From NCBI GenBank assembly GCA_030740155.1, contig JASLXV010000020.1, forward strand, positions 15,994-79,993: 64,000 nt of DNA, read 5' to 3'. A program made the position numbers and the translations under genes. Positions within the stretch are counted from its first letter, which is position 1. Each line of letters starts with the position of its first letter. Below, one piece after another: positions 28,834 through 38,213 of this stretch. Source of the DNA: Dehalococcoidia bacterium (GTDB lineage Bacteria; Chloroflexota; Dehalococcoidia; Lucifugimonadales; UBA3495). The notes beneath the pieces are model-generated. The model was not told the DNA's origin. It saw only the letters and a list, made by a program, of their open reading frames with translations, and made no database searches.

Positions 28834-29952
28834 ATGGCTGATGTTATCGGCGACCTGGACGCGTTGAGGCGGGAGGTGGCAGACAGCGGCTTCGACGCGG
28901 TGGTGGCCATGTCTCCGGAGAACGTTCCCTATATCTCCGGGGTCTTGCTGTGGACCCAGCGGTCCATCCGTGACCGGCTGGCCCTGGTGGTGTGGCCTCG
29001 CGAGGGGGACCCCACCTTCATCGTGGCCACCAATGAAGAGGGCTACGTGCGGGAGAAGTCTTGGATTTCGGACATCCGAGGCTACGTACAGCACGAGGAT
29101 TCGCCCATCGAGTTTTTGGCGGAGGTCCTGCGAGAGAAGGGCCTGGCCGCCGGGCGTCTGGGCTTCGAGCCGTCTTTCCTGACCGCCGATTTCCATGCCG
29201 AGCTGATAGAAGCTCTGCCCGAAGCCCAGTTACTCCCCTGCGAGCCCGTATTCCAGAAAGTCCGCATGGTGAAGACGCCGGCGGAGGTGGAACTGCTCGC
29301 CAGGGCCGCCGTGGCCACCGAGCACGCACTGATGGCCACCTACGCCACGGCGAGGCCGGGGGAGACCGAGCGCAGCCTGGTGGCCCGGCTTGGCGCCAAC
29401 ATACTCCAGGCCGGTGCCGACACCCCGGCCTTCCTCTACCTGACGGTGGGGCCTAACACGGGCTACGCCCATCCGGACCCAACCGACCAACCGGTGGTGT
29501 TCGGCGACCTGATTAAATCCGATTGCGGCGGCTTCTTCTCCGGGTACTACTCAGATATCGGGCGTACCGCGGTTGTGGGAAGGGCCAGCCCGGAGCGGCG
29601 GTCGGTGTACCAGCGGCTCATGGAGGTCCACCGGAGCACCATCGCCGCCATGCGGCCCGGAGCCCCGGCCTCCGAGGTCTACCGGGTTGCGGTCGAGGGC
29701 TACCGGCAGGTGGAGATCCCTTTCGGCCTGCCCTTCGCCGGCCACGGGGTAGGCCTGTACATCCACGAGGTACCCATGCTTTCGGCCGGCGACGATACCC
29801 CGTTGCAGCCCAATATGGTCTTCGCCGTCGAGACACGGGTAAGGTGGCCCGGCAAGGAGGGCTACCACATCGAGGACCTGGTGGTCATCCGGGAGCAGGG
29901 CCCGGAGGTGGTGACCACCTTCATGGACACGGCCGAGCTGATGGAGCTTTAG
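28834..29952 (+). CDS. M24 family (Xaa-Pro peptidase / creatinase-like) hydrolase
   Basis: RMVKTPAE, YYSDIGRT, GHGVGLYIHE, VET, HIED; RBS AAGGAGG. Confidence 0.9.
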   Translation: MADVIGDLDALRREVADSGFDAVVAMSPENVPYISGVLLWTQRSIRDRLALVVWPREGDPTFIVATNEEGYVREKSWISDIRGYVQHEDSPIEFLAEVLREKGLAAGRLGFEPSFLTADFHAELIEALPEAQLLPCEPVFQKVRMVKTPAEVELLARAAVATEHALMATYATARPGETERSLVARLGANILQAGADTPAFLYLTVGPNTGYAHPDPTDQPVVFGDLIKSDCGGFFSGYYSDIGRTAVVGRASPERRSVYQRLMEVHRSTIAAMRPGAPASEVYRVAVEGYRQVEIPFGLPFAGHGVGLYIHEVPMLSAGDDTPLQPNMVFAVETRVRWPGKEGYHIEDLVVIREQGPEVVTTFMDTAELMEL

Positions 29953-29969
29953 GTTATTAAGCCGGCGGG

Positions 29970-31208
29970 CTAAACGCTCCCGTCGGCTTCCATCTGGGCC
30001 AGCTCTTCTTCGGTGATCCCGCCGATGCCGCAGAGCACCTCCCGGTTGTGCTCGCCCAAAACCGGGGCTCTCTGGTTCGGCGGCTCTACGCAGTCCGTGA
30101 GCTGGACCGGCGTCCGCACCGCGGTGAAACTCCCGCCGAAGGTATCGCCGGCGTCCATGAACATTCCGCGGGCCTCCAGGTGGGGACATTTGTCCAGGTC
30201 CGCCACGTCTTGCACCATCCCGACGGAGAAGCCGGTTCCCGTAAACTGTCGACACACCTCCAGCTTGGGAACGTGCTGCGACCATTCCTCGATGGCGGGA
30301 ATAATGTGCTCGAAGTAGAAGTCCGCCGGGATGTCTTTGGCCAGATACCGGGAGTCTTCGACCAGGTCCTCCCGGCCGATCAAGCGCCAGAGAGCGGCAT
30401 AGTGCTCTGGCCTTCTCACCCCGGCCATCACGACGTAGCCGTCTTTGGCCCGCACGGTTAGCCCGGCGGTAATCGTCGCCTCCATGCTCCGGGCTTTGGC
30501 TTGACCGGTGGCCCGGAGAGTGGCCCAATTGCTGACGGTGTGGGGAATCAGGCATTCGTACATAGCCATATCCACATGCTGGCCCCTCCCGGTCTTCCGC
30601 CGCGTCTCCAGGGCCAGCAGGATTCCCAGGGCGGTCCACAAGCCGGGGACCGAGTCCCCCATGCTGTCACCAATGGAAAGCGGCGGCCCATTCGCGGCGC
30701 CGGTGATCGCCATCCAGCCGGCCATGCCCTGAATGCAAAGGTTATTGGCCGGCCAGTCGGAGTAGGGGCCGCGCAAGGCCTCACTGTCGCCGTAACCGGT
30801 GATGCTGGCATAGATCAGGCCCGGGTTGAGCTGCCGGAGGTGGTCGAACCCGAGTCCCAAGCGGTTCAGCGCGCCGGGGCCCCAGTTCTCCAACAAAACG
30901 TCGGAGACCCGGACCAAGTTCTCGAAAGTTTTTTTGGCCGCCGGGGCCCGCAGGTCCAGGCTGACGCCTTTCTTGTTGCGGTTCAGCGCCAGGAAGCTGG
31001 CGCCGATTCGATCATTGCCGGCCGGTCCCTCGACGGACGGGCCGCGGTTGCGGCTAAGCTCGCCGGTGGGTGGGCGCTCGATCTTGATGACCTCGGCGCC
31101 CATATCGGCCAGGATCATCGCGCAGAAAGGGCCGGCAACGATGTGAGTGGCATCCAGGACGCGGATGCCCTCCAACGGGAGGGGCAGTTTGTCTTCTTCA
31201 GCGGCCAT
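29970..31208 (-). CDS. Class III CoA-transferase (CaiB/BaiF)
   Basis: PLEGIRVLD, AGPFCAMILADMGAEVIKIE, NRNKKG, catalytic Asp in MGDSVPG, PVLGEHN. Confidence 0.9.
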   Translation of the reverse strand: MAAEEDKLPLPLEGIRVLDATHIVAGPFCAMILADMGAEVIKIERPPTGELSRNRGPSVEGPAGNDRIGASFLALNRNKKGVSLDLRAPAAKKTFENLVRVSDVLLENWGPGALNRLGLGFDHLRQLNPGLIYASITGYGDSEALRGPYSDWPANNLCIQGMAGWMAITGAANGPPLSIGDSMGDSVPGLWTALGILLALETRRKTGRGQHVDMAMYECLIPHTVSNWATLRATGQAKARSMEATITAGLTVRAKDGYVVMAGVRRPEHYAALWRLIGREDLVEDSRYLAKDIPADFYFEHIIPAIEEWSQHVPKLEVCRQFTGTGFSVGMVQDVADLDKCPHLEARGMFMDAGDTFGGSFTAVRTPVQLTDCVEPPNQRAPVLGEHNREVLCGIGGITEEELAQMEADGSV

Positions 31209-31500
31209 GGTTGCACCTTTGGTTAGGCGTTGGAAAGTCTCCCGGATCGGGCAGAAGACCGGGGAAATCTCGGCCAGTGTAGCACAGTCACCCCTGCCTT
31301 GTGCTGAGCTACCGCGCGACGAGCCGATCGCCGGCCGTTCAGGGAACTGCCGGGACGGAAACTATCGATGGGGCGCCGAATGACACCGGCCTGGCCGGTT
31401 GGAGAAGATATGGAGGCGGCGAATACAGTTGATACTATGGGCGTATTTCGTACAAACAGCGATATGTTGGTTAGGATAAGTCGAAGATTAGTCGCGGTTC

Positions 31501-31529
31501 TTGACATTACAGGCTGACTCTGATATATA
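31501..31529 (+). promoter_or_regulatory. Sigma70-type promoter upstream of the structured RNA
   Basis: Perfect TTGACA, 17-bp spacer, TGn-TATATA; predicted start ~31535 coincides with the first stem. Confidence 0.65.
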
Positions 31530-31534
31530 CAAAT

Positions 31535-31702
31535 GGTCCCAAGTAATTAAGGCAATCGGCTGATCCACAGAGAGTGTTCCCGAGTGGGCCGGATACCAAC
31601 GGCACCGCAGGTGAGGCGGAAGCGCTGAAGGCATGCCAGAGGGCCGCGTTCCGGGGGACATGGGTCAGAGGGGAAGTCCGGGTGCGAAGGTTACTTGGGA
31701 CG
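31535..31702 (+). ncRNA. Structured ~168-nt non-coding RNA, 6S RNA-like candidate
   Basis: Nested pairings GTCCCAAGTAA/TTACTTGGGAC, GCAATCGG/CCGGGTGC, CTGATCCA/TGGGTCAG, GGCC/GGCC, GGCA/TGCC, CCGC/GCGG; own promoter; no credible ORF. Confidence 0.6.
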
Positions 31703-31860
31703 TTCCTTTGCCCTTCGACAACCGGAGGCTAGGGCATCCCTCCGGGCGGTCAACTCCGAACTCCCCACTGTTCAGGTAAGCGTCCATCAGCCACCGGGCG
31801 TGCTTGTTCCGGCGCGCTTACTCCTCGCCCCGGCCTTGCCTCGAAAGCGCCCTGGCATAT

Positions 31861-31947
31861 GTCACCCCGATTGAAGCGGGGGGTCTGGGGTGGTGGAGGA
31901 GAATCTCTGCCCAGATGCTTCGCCGCTGCGGCTGGTTCAGCGCGACC
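31861..31947 (-). repeat. Dispersed ~87-bp repeat, copy 2 (inverted)
   Basis: Reverse complement aligns along its length with 19663-19749. Confidence 0.75.
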
Positions 31948-32301
31948 CTTTCCCACCAATCCCCCACGCCGCTCGCGACCGGCACCACCAGGTAAGAAAA
32001 TCGTCCGGCGCTTTTCACTTCGACCCTAGTGAAAGATGGAGCAGCACACGCCTTACTCTCGTCCATCGGGGAAGGGCGGCCCGGAGGGCATTTCCGTACC
32101 AATGACATTCTTGAGGCAACCTCCCCTGGGCCCCTACTTGACGAAGAAAACTGAGGCTCCACGATATTCGACCACGCCAAAACCTAGACCCGCGCCGTAG
32201 CAGCCGTCGGATATCATACCGCAATTAATGCATGTGCACCTATTACTGGTGCGAGACCTCCAACAACATATCTGGTAGACGGGTGTTAAGGAGCGAAGGT
32301 T

Positions 32302-32574
32302 TTGGAAAACCCTTTGAGCGCCACCACCGAAATCTACCTGATTCCCTCCCGGATGCGGTCTTCCCTGTCAGTTGTGCTGCCCTTGAGAATGTCGGATATC
32401 TTAGGGATCGGCCTCGCCGCGGCGGCCCTCTTTGGCGGCAGTTATGATATGGTTCATGCCTCGGCAGCGTTCAGCTTCGATTCGGGCGAGTTTTTCCGGG
32501 GCGGGGCGATCGCCTCCCTCGGCTTGGGACACGGCCTCGCCGTCATCAAGCTAGGACGGGTTCCTCAGCCGTAG
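32302..32574 (+). CDS. Small hypothetical membrane protein
   Basis: AAGGAG RBS upstream of TTG; two hydrophobic Gly/Ala-rich segments; no recognised family. Confidence 0.4.
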   Translation: MENPLSATTEIYLIPSRMRSSLSVVLPLRMSDILGIGLAAAALFGGSYDMVHASAAFSFDSGEFFRGGAIASLGLGHGLAVIKLGRVPQP

Positions 32575-32897
32575 CGCCGGACTGGCCGAATACCGTTCAG
32601 AACTTCTCAGACCTGGACCGAATCAACCCTCACCAAATTAGGTCCGAGCCTGCGGTTGCGACGGCCGGCCTTCGGATCCTTCCCCCTCGGCCGCCGCTCC
32701 CAGCTCCTCCTCATTCTCAAGACTTCCCACTTTCTCCATCGGCGGCTCCACCGGGCCGGACGCCGGAGTCGGGCCTGACGCGCGCCAGCAGGTGCAACCA
32801 CTCCGGGAGTGCCGTGGACCTGACTCGTTCACCAGGGATCTGATCATGTGGGAAAACCCGGATGTAGCTGGTAGACTGGGCCTCTAGGAGGTTAACC

Positions 32898-34577
32898 ATG
32901 TCTACGCTGGAGATTATGAACCCCGTTGCCAAGTGCACGGGAGGTGAGGTTAGGTTAGTCCCGCACCCCGGTTGGACACCCTGGCCGGCAAAACCATCGG
33001 TTTCTATTGGAACACCAAGGCTGGGGGCGACGTAGCCCTCCAAAGGGTGGCGGAGATCATCCAGAAGGACTTTCCCGGGGTGCGTCTGAACAACTACGTT
33101 CACCACTACCCCGCGCCTTCGGATATGATCGAGGATATGCTCTCTCAGTGCGACGCCGTCATCGGCAGCACCGGGGATTGAGGCTCCTGCACGTCGTGGC
33201 TTGCCCACGACCTGAGCGAATTGGAGAAGAACGGTACGCCGGCGATCGGCATCTTCACCGAAGCCTTCGAGAGGGACGCGCGGGCCAGTTGCCGGGCGAT
33301 CGGCGTTCCCTTCCTGCCCCTGGCCCTGGTTCCTACCATCCTCTCCAATGAACCCCCGGATACGATCCGCGGCTATGGTGAAGCCATTTACCCGAAGGTA
33401 GTGGAGGCCTTCACCAAGGTCCCCACGGGACCCGGCGCCACGAGTACCCAGGAAGCCGAGGAGCAGGAAGCGCTCACCTTCCATGGAGATGACCTCCTGG
33501 ATGCCGCCGAGGCGATTAACCGTACCCTGGTGGAGTACAACTGGAGCGACGGTTTTCCCCTGGTGCCTCCCACCGGAAGCCGGGTCGACAGGATGCTGGC
33601 GGGGACTCAAAAGCCGCGGGATCAGATAGTAGCGGTGCTTGAGCCCGGTTTTGGGCTGGCCACTGTGGAGAAGATAGCCATCAACGCGGTCATGGCAGGG
33701 TGTCAGCCGGGGCACCTGCCGGTGCTGATTGCAGCAGTGGAGGCGATGGCCGACCCCTACTACCGGCTACGCGCCGTCTCCTGTTCCACGGGCCCCCACG
33801 CTCCACTGCTGGTGATCAACGGCCCGGTCGCCAAGGAGCTAAAGGTGAACTCGGGTCTGTGCTGTTTCGGGCCTGGCGGACCCTCCTACGCCAATACCGT
33901 CATAGGGCGGGCGGTCCGGCTTATCATGATGAATATTGGCCATGCCCGGCCCACCGATTCGGACATGGACACCCACGGCATGCCCCACAAGTACAGCGCC
34001 TGCATTGCGGAAGCCGAGGGCAACAGCCCGTGGATTCCCCTCCATGTGTCCCGGGGATACAATCAGGACACCAGCACGGTCACCGTCTTCGTCGCCAGGT
34101 ACATGCTCGACATCAACGATGCCGGGAACTACACGCCGGAGCACATCTTGCGCCGGATCGCCATCGGCATGTCCAATGGGGCCAGCGTCTTTACCGGGCA
34201 CTGGCTGGCGGAGCCCCGGATCTACCGGCGGACCGCCCTGCGCGATAGGGATAGCCACAAGATGTACGACGCCCACTGCCTGGTTATCATCGGTTCCGCC
34301 CCACGCCAGGGTCCTGGCCCGCTACAACTGGACCAAGGCCGGGGTGAGTGAGTACCTCCATCTGCACGCCCGAGTGCCGTTCGGAGACCTGTCCCGTTTC
34401 GGCGGCGCGGAGGAGTTGCGCCCGGAGTGGCGGTGGCTCGCCGATTCCCCGGACACCATGGTGCCGGCGGTGCGGTCACCGGAGTGCATCGAGGTCATGG
34501 TGGCTGGAGGGGAAGGACCCAAGAGCATGTACGTGGGTGGCGAAGGCCATGCCGTCACCAGGGTGGTCGAAGGGTAG
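32898..34577 (+). pseudogene. UGSC-family selenoprotein fused to partner domain; two frameshifts as sequenced
   Basis: AGGAGG + ATG 32898; frameshift at GTTAG-GTTAG (32949-32958); in-frame TGA 33179-33181 in TGD-U-GSCTSW; partner motifs WSDGFPLVPPT, TVEKIAINAVMAGC, ANTVIGRA; second shift ~34291 before PPHARVLARYNWTK...AGGEG. Confidence 0.8.
33193..33211 (+). promoter_or_regulatory. Bacterial SECIS-like hairpin 1
   Basis: GTCGTGG-CTTGC-CCACGAC, starting 11 nt after the in-frame UGA. Confidence 0.7.
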
Positions 34578-34652
34578 CCGCGGAGAGGGGCCGAGGATTG
34601 GGGTTTTCGAAACATCCTGCCGGTGGGACCGGGAACGCCCGAAGAAACGAGG

Positions 34653-34712
34653 CGGGAGGGTCGCTCCAAGCTCAGGTAAGCCGCGCTGAGATTATGCGGA
34701 GAGACCCTCCCG
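34653..34712. repeat. Long irregular hairpin between convergent genes (REP-like / terminator)
   Basis: CGGGAGGGTC/GACCCTCCCG, CTCC/GGAG and CTCAG/CTGAG nested stems. Confidence 0.5.
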
Positions 34713-34719
34713 TTCCTGC

Positions 34720-35841
34720 CTAGACTTGTTCGTCGCGCTCGCGACGGGCGCGCCGCATTCGAAGCCCGATAACTGCCGAAACACCCACCAGGACGGCTCC
34801 GCCGATGCCGCTGAGCAAGGGCACCAGCAGGCCGACGCCGTCATCATCATCATCCACCCGCTTTACCGGTTCCCCAGTCGATGGGGCCACCTTGGTGGGA
34901 GCCGCCTTCGTTGGCGTCACTTCCGCCACGGCCGAGCCCAGCCGCGTCTCTTGCCAATCGGAAAAGGCCTTCTGCCCGTTACGCTCGCTGCGGGAACCGT
35001 CCCAGACGGCGAAGCCCAGGGGGACCAGTGAGCCTTCCTCAAAAGTGAACTGGGGCTGCTTTCGGGGTATGGAGATCACTATCCGCCACTCGCCATCTTT
35101 CCAGGCCCCCATTCCCTTGCCGTCTTGGGTCTCATCGGGTTCCAGTGTGCCGAAACCCTCGGCCTCCATCTTCTGGACCGGGCCGATGGCCTCCTGGGCC
35201 GCGGGGTCGGACAGGCTGTTGCCCACGGCGGCCCCGGTGAGATACACCTTGTTCCCCTTGGTGAGGTAGTCGGTGGCCTCCGGTATCTCTCCGGCCTCAA
35301 CACCGGAGTAGGGATACCAGCCGTTAAACATGTTGGGGTAGGCCTCATCCACATCGTACTCGGGTCCGAATTGCCAATCGCTCTTCCAATGGTAGATGGA
35401 GACACCCAGGCCCGGCACGCCCATCATGAACGACGTGGGGCCGGCGGACGGATCTTTCGGGAACTGCACCGCGACGCCGTCCCGGTACTGCATCACGGTG
35501 CCCAGATCTACGTTCCTCGCGGCGTCCTTCCAGCCGATCAGGATGGAAAGCCGTTCCGCGTCGTAGAGGGCGCGGATATCAATACTCTTGGTGCCCGCCT
35601 CTTGGACGCTGGGCAACACCAGGTTTTGAGGATTGAGAGAGATGGCAGTCGCGCTCCTCCCGCTCCAGAGGGGATCACCAGGCTCGGTGGGCGCCCGGTC
35701 CACCAGCTCCGCGGTGATCGCGGCGGCTTTCTCCTGGGCGCGAATACGCGGAAGCAACGGCCGGCTGGCCCACGCCAGAGCGCCGACAAGGGCACCGGTA
35801 AGAACGGCGCGTCTGCTGGCAACAAAGTTCGTCGCGGTCAT
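34720..35841 (-). CDS. DMSO-reductase type II heme-b gamma subunit (EbdC/NxrC-like) with Tat signal and C-terminal membrane anchor
   Basis: SRRAVL Tat motif, WKD, YRDGVAVQFP, FMMG (Met ligand), YHWK, FAVWDG..ERNGQK (Lys ligand), Pro/Thr linker, TM helix, basic tail. Confidence 0.85.
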   Translation of the reverse strand: MTATNFVASRRAVLTGALVGALAWASRPLLPRIRAQEKAAAITAELVDRAPTEPGDPLWSGRSATAISLNPQNLVLPSVQEAGTKSIDIRALYDAERLSILIGWKDAARNVDLGTVMQYRDGVAVQFPKDPSAGPTSFMMGVPGLGVSIYHWKSDWQFGPEYDVDEAYPNMFNGWYPYSGVEAGEIPEATDYLTKGNKVYLTGAAVGNSLSDPAAQEAIGPVQKMEAEGFGTLEPDETQDGKGMGAWKDGEWRIVISIPRKQPQFTFEEGSLVPLGFAVWDGSRSERNGQKAFSDWQETRLGSAVAEVTPTKAAPTKVAPSTGEPVKRVDDDDDGVGLLVPLLSGIGGAVLVGVSAVIGLRMRRARRERDEQV

Positions 35842-36572
35842 AGGGCCTTTACCTCCCAAGGTTCAGCGTAACATTCCTGATCGTCTTCATCGGCGTCGGT
35901 TGGTTCCCCCAGGTCACCCGGCTTGGTGCTTAGCTGGAACATCCCGAATTCGCGGCTCATGTGAGTTTCCAGTAGCTTGCTGAGGGACGCATATACCCCG
36001 CCCTCACCGGCTTTAAGGAGCAGCCGTTGGGCGAAGGTCTCGACCCAAGTGGCGAGATGATTAGCTAGAAACGATTCCTGAGCCCGCCGGCAGAGCCCGA
36101 GGTTCTCGCCGCCGTCCGCGTCTTCCTGCGCATACGCCTCCTTAAGGGTCAAGAGGTGCATGAACTCCATCTCGGCGCTGATATGGTCACACCGGTCCTT
36201 ATGGTCCGGGTTGGCAGTGACCCCAAAGGCCGCGTAAAAGGCATTCAGGTCCGCCAGGGTATGGGACTTCTGGAACACGTGGGCTTGACCGTACTCCGCC
36301 TCATAGGGCGCGCAGTCGGCGGATATGATATGCCTGAAGACCCGGGAGTACTGTTCGCGGAAGGCCGGTTGAGTTAATTGACCGGCCTGTTCGCCCAGGT
36401 CATGCAAGGCCATTTTGACCTGTGGCCAGCCCAAGGCCGAAACCATTGGGGTCAACGTCCGGGCGGCATCGGCAACCTGCGCCGCCGTTTCCTCTTCAGG
36501 ATATAGAAAGGCCATCGAGAGCAGCTCGTATACGGCGCTCCGTGCCAGTGCTTCTTCTTGCGAGTTAGCCAT
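35838..36572 (-). CDS. TorD/DmsD-family molybdoenzyme maturation chaperone
   Basis: ARSAVYELLS.AFLYP, PYEAEY, FYAAFG, DHISAEMEFM, FLANHL..W. Confidence 0.9.
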   Translation of the reverse strand: MANSQEEALARSAVYELLSMAFLYPEEETAAQVADAARTLTPMVSALGWPQVKMALHDLGEQAGQLTQPAFREQYSRVFRHIISADCAPYEAEYGQAHVFQKSHTLADLNAFYAAFGVTANPDHKDRCDHISAEMEFMHLLTLKEAYAQEDADGGENLGLCRRAQESFLANHLATWVETFAQRLLLKAGEGGVYASLSKLLETHMSREFGMFQLSTKPGDLGEPTDADEDDQECYAEPWEVKAL

Positions 36573-36583
36573 CGAGGTAGCTC

Positions 36584-37858
36584 CTAGATGGAGTTTGGGC
36601 GCTCCGCGGGCCTGGTGTACTGAACTTCATTTACCTGGAGCCGGACCAACTCCTGGTCGTCTTTGCCGTATCCGACTACCGTGTCGTTGAACATCTCCCA
36701 GTTCTTGCCGTTGACGACGGCCTCGAAGACCTTTGGGCCCTCGATGATCTCGTACCGGAAGATGATCTGCTGGGTGGCCCGGAAGAGTTGTTGCACGGCC
36801 AGCAGTTCCCGATCCGGTGCGATGTACCTTTCGATGGCGGCATCGACGCCGGGGCCGAACATCTGCCTCAGGTAGGGCTTGGGAGCCCAGCGAGGCGGAA
36901 TGTAGTAGCCGTTGGGCTCGGTGCCGAACTGGGGATAGAGAGGCAGGGCAACCTTTGCCACCTTGACCAAGAAGTATATCGGGTTGTACCGGTCCTCGGC
37001 CCAGGATCCGTCAGGGTTCTTCTTCACCAACCCCTGGATGCGTATCTTGCCGGGGCAGACCGCCATGCACCGGGTCTCCAACGGCTGGCCCAGCGCCAAG
37101 GGGTCTTTGCCCTCGATTCTGGGGTAGCAGGCCACGCATTTCTCAGTGACCCTGGTGGTGGGCCGGTACATGGTCTTCTTATAGGGGCATGCTGAGACAC
37201 ACTTCCGGTAACCCCGGCAACGCTCCTGGTCGATCAGAACGATCCCGTCTTGAGGACGTTTGTAGATGGCTTGTCTGGGACAGGATGCCAGGCAGGCCGG
37301 ATAGGAACAGTGGTTGCATACCCGCTGCAAGTAGAAGAACCACGACTTGTGCTCGGGCAATCCTGTGGACTCCAGGGAGGTGTCCCCTTCCTTGCTGGTG
37401 AGCCCGGTGGCGGTGTCTTCGTAGAGGTTGGGAGCTGCCCACTCATCGTCCGTGGGCTCGTAGCCCAGAGCGACCTCGGTCGGCGTCGCCTCTGCTTGGG
37501 CGCCTTCAAAGACGGTGAGACCCTGATAGGTGCCGTAAGGCCGCTCGGTCCCGTTGCGCTGGGACGTGTCCCATGAAGCATCTTTGCCGGCCGACGTGTG
37601 GGCCTTATCCAGAATCTCCAGCAGCTTGATGTCCCAGAATCTGGGATAGCCACCGTAGGGCTTCGTCTCCACATTGTTCCACCACATGTACTCCTGTCCC
37701 TTCGAGAAGGTCCAGGTGGCCTTGCAAGCGAACGTGCAAGTCTGGCAGGCGATGCAGCGGTTGATGTTGAAAACGAAGGCCCACTGCAATTCCGGCGATG
37801 CCGCCTGGTAGGGATAGGACATGTTGCGGCCAAGCTGCCAGTTGTAGACCTCAGGCAT
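36584..37858 (-). CDS. nxrB: Nitrite oxidoreductase / nitrate reductase beta subunit, Nitrospira/anammox-like
   Basis: MPEVYNWQLGR, FNINRCIACQTCTFACK, QEYMWWNNVETKPYGGYP, CNHCSYPACLASCP, CRGYRKC..ACPYKK, KCVACYPR, LPLYPQFGTEPNGYYIPPR. Confidence 0.85.
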   Translation of the reverse strand: MPEVYNWQLGRNMSYPYQAASPELQWAFVFNINRCIACQTCTFACKATWTFSKGQEYMWWNNVETKPYGGYPRFWDIKLLEILDKAHTSAGKDASWDTSQRNGTERPYGTYQGLTVFEGAQAEATPTEVALGYEPTDDEWAAPNLYEDTATGLTSKEGDTSLESTGLPEHKSWFFYLQRVCNHCSYPACLASCPRQAIYKRPQDGIVLIDQERCRGYRKCVSACPYKKTMYRPTTRVTEKCVACYPRIEGKDPLALGQPLETRCMAVCPGKIRIQGLVKKNPDGSWAEDRYNPIYFLVKVAKVALPLYPQFGTEPNGYYIPPRWAPKPYLRQMFGPGVDAAIERYIAPDRELLAVQQLFRATQQIIFRYEIIEGPKVFEAVVNGKNWEMFNDTVVGYGKDDQELVRLQVNEVQYTRPAERPNSI

Positions 37859-38126
37859 TGATCTCTCCTCCTCTGATCCAACCCCGATCCCAGTTTTCGG
37901 CCAGACTGCGGATCCTTTGCTTCACGTATTCCGCGCCCTTCTCCAGGTATATCTGGTGGGTCGCACCGTAGTGCGGGGACCAGAACAGGAGCAGGATCTG
38001 CTGTGCCGACCACCCCATGAACAGGTACTCCTGCACGATGCCGTCCAGGACTTGATCGGAGTCGCAATCAGGCATCGCGATTCCCACCAACTCCATGGGG
38101 TCTTCTGGTTCGAATTCTTTAACCAC
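37851..38126 (-). CDS. Hypothetical 91-aa protein inside the nxr-like operon
   Basis: AAGGAG RBS; stop overlaps the nxrB start region; motifs EPEDPMELVG, EYLFMGW, PHYGATH. Confidence 0.75.
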   Translation of the reverse strand: MVKEFEPEDPMELVGIAMPDCDSDQVLDGIVQEYLFMGWSAQQILLLFWSPHYGATHQIYLEKGAEYVKQRIRSLAENWDRGWIRGGEINA

Positions 38127-38213
38127 TAGGACTCCTTCAGTCCAACTTTGTCCAGTCCAACTTTGTCACCGGCAGTCCAATCTTGTAATTGGCGGCCCGG
38201 ATGCGTCTGGCGC

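Noticed and set aside
31666..31692. RNase P RNA, cobalamin or FMN riboswitch (GAGGGGAAGTCCGGGTGC)
   Set aside because: Only a short local resemblance; the other conserved blocks of those RNAs are missing, and the segment pairs within the 31535-31702 structure.
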